Source: Candidatus Oscillibacter pullicola
GTDB lineage: Bacteria > Bacillota > Clostridia > Oscillospirales > Oscillospiraceae
Assembly: GCA_019118935.1 (NCBI GenBank)
Contig: DWXY01000023.1
Location: 11,356-75,355 of the forward strand
Direction of reading: 5' to 3'
DNA length: 64,000 nucleotides
Below, one piece after another: positions 60,501-64,000 of this stretch (position 1 is the stretch's first letter; every line of letters begins with the position of its first letter). Position numbers and translations under genes: made by a program. The notes beneath the pieces were generated by a model that was not told the DNA's origin, searched no databases, and saw only the letters and a program-made list of their open reading frames with translations.

Positions 60501-60905
60501 CAGCAGCTCCGGAGATACGTCGTAGCAGCGCAGCTCGTCGAAGAGATCCAGCAGTTGCTGCAAAAACGACGCCTTCTGAGAGGGGCGGCGGTACACCTTC
60601 AGCAAGGGGGCCACCTCTCCCAGGGCCTTCTGCAGGGTCAACAGCTTGCCGCCGGCATCCAGAGTCACCTGGGCGGCGCCGCCGGTGATGGTCAGCACCC
60701 GGTCGCACAGGCGGCGGAAGCTGAGGACCTCCGCATGGCGGCTGGCAGTGTCTCCGCAGGCCCGGCACAGATCTACCTCCGCCTGGTGGGAGGCGTGCTC
60801 CGGCACCAGCAGGATCTGCCGGCTGGAATCCCCCAGTTCTCCGATCCGGCGGAGCACCTGTTCCGATTTTCCCGTTTTGGCCCGGCCCATCAGGATCGTC
60901 AGCAT
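57579..60905 (-). CDS. addB: ATP-dependent helicase/nuclease subunit B
   Basis: GRAKTGKS, SASRMERLRSCHFAYF, GKVDRVD, VVDYKSG, C-terminal Fe-S cysteines. Confidence 0.94.
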   Translation of the reverse strand: MLTILMGRAKTGKSEQVLRRIGELGDSSRQILLVPEHASHQAEVDLCRACGDTASRHAEVLSFRRLCDRVLTITGGAAQVTLDAGGKLLTLQKALGEVAPLLKVYRRPSQKASFLQQLLDLFDELRCYDVSPELLESQAREIQGATRDKLLDLSLLYGAYESRLYRPGFDARDRMTKLCEALESSCYAFGKDVFLDGFTYFNTQERRVLEILLRQARSLTVTLLGEPDSAEEMFQVSLRTRDQLTRLADQAGCPWEVRTLTSADDSALGYLEHHFFGEGEPYQGDSSAIRVREADTAFSEVEQTAADIRRLVAAGKCRYRDIIVAARNMADYEGTIETVFERYGIPAYLSRRSSMLEKPVWSLITGVLSALENGFEYEDMFRCLKTGLAGLTPEECDELENYVLTWEIHGKMWLRDVNWTDNPDGYGAPWDDRRQARLDRVNDLRRRVRSPLAELYEGLKAGVTAGEKVNALYSFLERLNLQNALEEQMRLQADAGRLQDAEETAQLWEILCAILDQFVEILGDEPMETDEFSRLLRQVASQYSVGTIPVSLDQVSVTEITRNDRHTDAYLFLLGANDHVLPAVGQSGGILNDDDREELALRGIRLAPSGMEQMGIELQNLYAALVQPRAGLVVSYPTADVSGAELRPAFVVDRLLTLFPELRVEREEPDKAYRLTAMIPALETAGTVPGGPLWRHFAADEALAPPLAAMERAAALKRGRLSRSAVQALYGERISMSASRMERLRSCHFAYFMEYGLKAKARRAAAFDAPQIGTFLHYLLEHVTKDVLDRGGFAAVEEEDLHALVRRYIDRYAAEVLQNLEGRNARFRYLFARLRNTAYAVVDQIAEEMRCSDFVPLAFELSFGDRGELPAVTVSEPDAELRIGGKVDRVDGWVKDNKLYLRVVDYKSGRKAFDLAAVRMGLDIQMLLYLFALQKEGRQRFGMDIEPAGVLYLPARDEILSAERNITPEQLQSQREKELRRTGLLLSEPEVLRAMEHEALQSPRFLPVRVGREGDVSGALASADQLGRLGQYVEQMLHQIAREVRDGNIDADPCCHNEDDSFCKYCDWADACHFQDGRDGDHLHYILPVKPEDFWRQVEEETEEGGGR

Positions 60906-61003
60906 GGCGGGACCTCCTTTGCGCAATTTCAAAATTCATTGTAGCATATCCCGTCGATTCGTGCTATCCTGTTTCTTGAAGATTTTCCAAGGAGGACTGA
61001 CCC

Positions 61004-61621
61004 ATGCACATTCCCCAAGGCCCTACCGCCGCCCTGGCGCTGGAGCCCTTTGACGATGCCCTGGCCACTGCCCTCCGGCCATCGCCGGACTACGACGTGG
61101 GCCGTTGGCTGTACGTCCCCAACCACTATTCGGAATACCGGTATATCCTGGGCACTCGGGGCCGGAAGCCCCTGATCTGCATGGGCATCAACCCCTCCAC
61201 CGCCGCGCCGGACGCCCTGGATCCCACCCTCCAGTCCGCCCAGCGGATCGCGCTTTCCAACGGGTACGACAGCTTTTTGATGTTCAACGTCTACGCCCAG
61301 CGGGCCACCCGGCCCGATGATATGGAGCGGTCCTGCAACCCGGTGCTCCATGCGGAGAACCGGAAGGCCTTCCGGTATCTCCTCTCCCTGTCCCCGACCC
61401 CCGCCCTGTGGGCCGCCTGGGGGAACATCATCGAAAAGCGAGGGTATCTGATGGACTGTATGCGGGACTTTGCCGCCGACGCCAGCGCCGCCGGAGCAGA
61501 GTGGTTCACCGCCGGCCCCCTGCTGAAATCCGGCCACCCCCACCACCCCCTGTATCTCAAGGGGGACACGAAGCTGCTGGACTTCGACATCGGCAGATAT
61601 CTGCGGGACCGGGCAACCTGA
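61004..61621 (+). CDS. DUF1643 domain-containing protein
   Basis: ICMGINPSTAAP...DPT, MFNVYAQRATRP, WAAWG, GHPHHPLY. Confidence 0.85.
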   Translation: MHIPQGPTAALALEPFDDALATALRPSPDYDVGRWLYVPNHYSEYRYILGTRGRKPLICMGINPSTAAPDALDPTLQSAQRIALSNGYDSFLMFNVYAQRATRPDDMERSCNPVLHAENRKAFRYLLSLSPTPALWAAWGNIIEKRGYLMDCMRDFAADASAAGAEWFTAGPLLKSGHPHHPLYLKGDTKLLDFDIGRYLRDRAT

Positions 61622-61638
61622 ACCGCTGCGGGACACAA

Positions 61639-61675
61639 AGCAGGCCGCCCCCATTGGGGGCGGCCTGCTGTTTTT
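61639..61675. terminator. Terminator between convergent genes
   Basis: AGCAGGCCGCCCCC-ATT-GGGGGCGGCCTGCT + T-run. Confidence 0.75.
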
Positions 61676-61680
61676 CTGTG

Positions 61681-62523
61681 TCACAGCCACTTTTTCTTCT
61701 TGAAGTAGATCACCAGCGCCGCCACGATCCCCACGCTCACCAGGATCACCGCCGGGTAGCCGTATTTCCACTGGAGCTCCGGCATATTGGCGAAGTTCAT
61801 CCCGTACCAGCCCGCCAGCAGGGTCAGGGGCAGGAACACCGCCGTCACCACGGTGAAGATCTTCATCAGGTCGTTCTGCTGGATGGACAGCTGGGACTGA
61901 TAAGCCTCCCGCAGCTGGGCCACGGACTCCCGCAGGGACTGGACCGCGTTCAGATACCGCTCCATCCGATTGCCCAGGTTGGCGAAGCGGCGTGTGTTCT
62001 GCTTGCCCAGCAGGCCGTTGTCGTTCTCCGCCAGCTCGTCGAAGATGGAGTCCAGCTGCTCGTAGTACCGCTTCAGCCGCAGCAGCTCCTGCCGCCAAGT
62101 GATGATCCGGTCCAGATACGCCTCGTGGGCGCCGGTGAGCACCTCCGTCTCTCCGTCGCTGATGGCCGCCTCCAGCCGGTCCAGGTGGGCCATATCCCCC
62201 CTCAGCAGCCGGACGAAGAAGCGATGGAGCACCTGCTCGTTGGGCAGCGCCTCTTCCTCCGGCACCAACAGGGCCGCCTGGGCGGCGGCCTCCGCCGCGT
62301 CGTCCTCGCAGAAGGCGAACAGGTCCTCCCGGTCCAGATACAGCAGCATCTGGGAGGCCGTGGTCCGCTCACTGCGCACGTCGTACCAGTCAAAGGCGAT
62401 CAGATCGAAGTCCTCAAAGCCCTCAAACGCTTCGATCTGCCCCTCGTGGATGTAGTCCAGCACCTTGGCGTCCATATAGGGCTCCATCTCCCGGATGCGG
62501 GACATGGGCAGTACCTTTCGCAT
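61681..62523 (-). CDS. CorA family divalent-cation transporter
   Basis: NDLMKIFTVVTAVFLPLTLLAGWYGMNFANMPEL (GMN signature). Confidence 0.9.
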   Translation of the reverse strand: MRKVLPMSRIREMEPYMDAKVLDYIHEGQIEAFEGFEDFDLIAFDWYDVRSERTTASQMLLYLDREDLFAFCEDDAAEAAAQAALLVPEEEALPNEQVLHRFFVRLLRGDMAHLDRLEAAISDGETEVLTGAHEAYLDRIITWRQELLRLKRYYEQLDSIFDELAENDNGLLGKQNTRRFANLGNRMERYLNAVQSLRESVAQLREAYQSQLSIQQNDLMKIFTVVTAVFLPLTLLAGWYGMNFANMPELQWKYGYPAVILVSVGIVAALVIYFKKKKWL

Positions 62524-62547
62524 GGCGGTCTCTCTCCTCTCAGTCTC

Positions 62548-63138
62548 TCACAGGTTTTCCAGGCCGCTGTCCTTTGGCGGCAGGCCATCATAGAGTCCGG
62601 CGCACTTCCACAGGGAGGACAGGAATCGAATGATGACCGCCACAAGGGCCAGTGCTACAAACAGCAACAGTGCGCTGATAAGCAGTACTTCCGATGTTAT
62701 GAGCAGGAGCGATCTGAAAAGCAAAAAAATCCCCACCGAGACAATCTGTGCGATCACCAGCACCAACCAGTCCCGACGGACAGCACGGCCGTTCAGGTCC
62801 GCGCCCCGGTTCTCCTCTATTTCCAAAATGGCCTGGATCACATTCCAGGAAATATATAGGGAAACCCCCAAAGCAACCGTGTCCAGGAGCATATCCAGCC
62901 AGGTTTCCCCGGTGATGCCCAGCAGCTCCCCCACCCACAGAATGCCCGTGTAAATAGCCATGGCTACCGAAATAGGCTGGAGCTTCCGGAATTGTCCACT
63001 CTCCCCCGCCAGCGTCCCCGCCGCCTGATACAGCAGGATATAGCCAACAAAGTCCGGTATCAAGTTCAGCCCGAATCCGTTGATGGTCAGATTGAAGTTC
63101 AAGTACACGAAAAAGAAGCCCCAAAAGATCTTCTTCAC
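62548..63138 (-). CDS. Hypothetical multi-TM membrane protein
   Basis: MKKIFWGFFFVYLNFNL...LIPDFVGYILL; several TM segments; coupled to the upstream XRE gene. Confidence 0.75.
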   Translation of the reverse strand: MKKIFWGFFFVYLNFNLTINGFGLNLIPDFVGYILLYQAAGTLAGESGQFRKLQPISVAMAIYTGILWVGELLGITGETWLDMLLDTVALGVSLYISWNVIQAILEIEENRGADLNGRAVRRDWLVLVIAQIVSVGIFLLFRSLLLITSEVLLISALLLFVALALVAVIIRFLSSLWKCAGLYDGLPPKDSGLENL

Positions 63139-63701
63139 GGCTTTTTCTCCTCCATTCTCTTTCGCACGTACCGCTTGCCGAAATACAGCACCAGCACCCC
63201 CGCCGCGATCTTCACGGCGGCGTACAGGGCCGGGAACAGCAGCACACCTGCCGGGAACACGTCAAACAAATTCACTCCGCCCATCTCTGCCATATTCCAG
63301 CCGAACAGGCCCGTGAATCCGCCCAGCATCCCCCGGTACGCCAGGTAGAACAGCAGCAGCCGCGCCAGGTCCAGCGCGCCCCAGGCGATCAGCACCCACC
63401 CCAGCAGGTACCACTTCCGCCTGGCAAAGGCCAGAAACCGCTCCACCCAGTCCTGCCGCTCCCGGGGCGGCTGCTTCTCCTCCGGCTCCGCCTGCGCCGG
63501 CTGGGGACGGAGCAGATAGTCTGTTGTCACACCGAAAATATCCGCCAGGGCCACCACTTTGTCCGTCTCCGGCATGGTCTCGTCCCGCTCCCAGCGGCTG
63601 ACGGCCTGCCGGCTCACCTGCAGGCGTTCGGCCAGCGCGTCCTGGCTCATACCGGATCTCTGCCGGAGGGATTGCAGCTTCTCTCCGAATGTCATAGGCA
63701 T
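63135..63701 (-). CDS. XRE-family HTH regulator with a TM domain
   Basis: FGEKLQSLRQRSGMSQDALAERLQVSRQAVSRWERDETMP, then TM helices. Confidence 0.88.
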   Translation of the reverse strand: MPMTFGEKLQSLRQRSGMSQDALAERLQVSRQAVSRWERDETMPETDKVVALADIFGVTTDYLLRPQPAQAEPEEKQPPRERQDWVERFLAFARRKWYLLGWVLIAWGALDLARLLLFYLAYRGMLGGFTGLFGWNMAEMGGVNLFDVFPAGVLLFPALYAAVKIAAGVLVLYFGKRYVRKRMEEKKP

Positions 63702-63894
63702 TCTCCCTTCTCTTGGATGCCTTCAGCTTATCAGACCGCCCGGTTGCATACCAGCAACCAAGCATGGAAGTTCCGCAATCTCAGATTGCCTTCCTCTTCA
63801 ACATACCACAACAGGGCTCCCCGCGCAACGGCTCCGGCCCATATTGCAGGAAAAAGCCGGGGCACCGGACGTCTCCGCATCCAGGCGCCCCGGC

Positions 63895-63999
63895 CTACCG
63901 GGCGGGCTCCAGCACAATGGGCAGGTCCACGATCTCCAGTCCCCGGCGCATGGCGTACTCCACCGTGTACCGGGTGCCGCCGGGAGACCCGTCAAAGGC
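63895..63999 (-). CDS. C-terminal fragment of a DUF1273/YpsA (SLOG)-like protein, truncated by the window end
   Basis: Frame not in the ORF track: AFDGSPGGTRYTVEYAMRRGLEIVDLPIVLEPAR*; followed by a hairpin + T-run. Confidence 0.6.
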   Translation of the reverse strand, partial: AFDGSPGGTRYTVEYAMRRGLEIVDLPIVLEPAR

Positions 64000-64000
64000 G

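Overview
GC-rich chromosomal segment of a spore-forming clostridial gut bacterium; gene content and style suggest Oscillospiraceae (Oscillibacter/Dysosmobacter-like), which is an inference. Most of it is core housekeeping: cmk, rluB, dacB, scpAB, rpsB-tsf with a t44-type leader, sigG/ylmC, glnS, rnmV-holA-comEC, alaS and tyrS with intact T-box riboswitches, PFOR, hflX, rpmE and addAB. Small accessory modules are interspersed: three XRE-membrane regulators, an AbrB-glycosyltransferase pair, a TetR operon, an ECF/anti-sigma pair and an XRE switch. No rRNA, tRNA, CRISPR array, transposase or integrase was seen. The most striking signal is non-coding: two copies of a ~140-156 bp multi-hairpin element (25753-25892 and 37710-37865) with conserved linkers but compensatory or replaced stems. 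Each copy is flanked by a long, locus-specific direct repeat (79 bp duplicating the 3' end of a HIT gene; 42-52 bp duplicating a putative operator), which does not fit the short fixed target duplications of classical IS/MITEs. A second repeat family forms an inverted pair around a GTAG-type REP downstream of alaS. Several regulatory architectures are readable from sequence: a sigma-F-type promoter of sigG, tandem Spo0A boxes ahead of a DUF6514 gene, an Ala T-box with two passenger genes, and operator palindromes. Coordinates and identities were counted by hand; no database searches were run.
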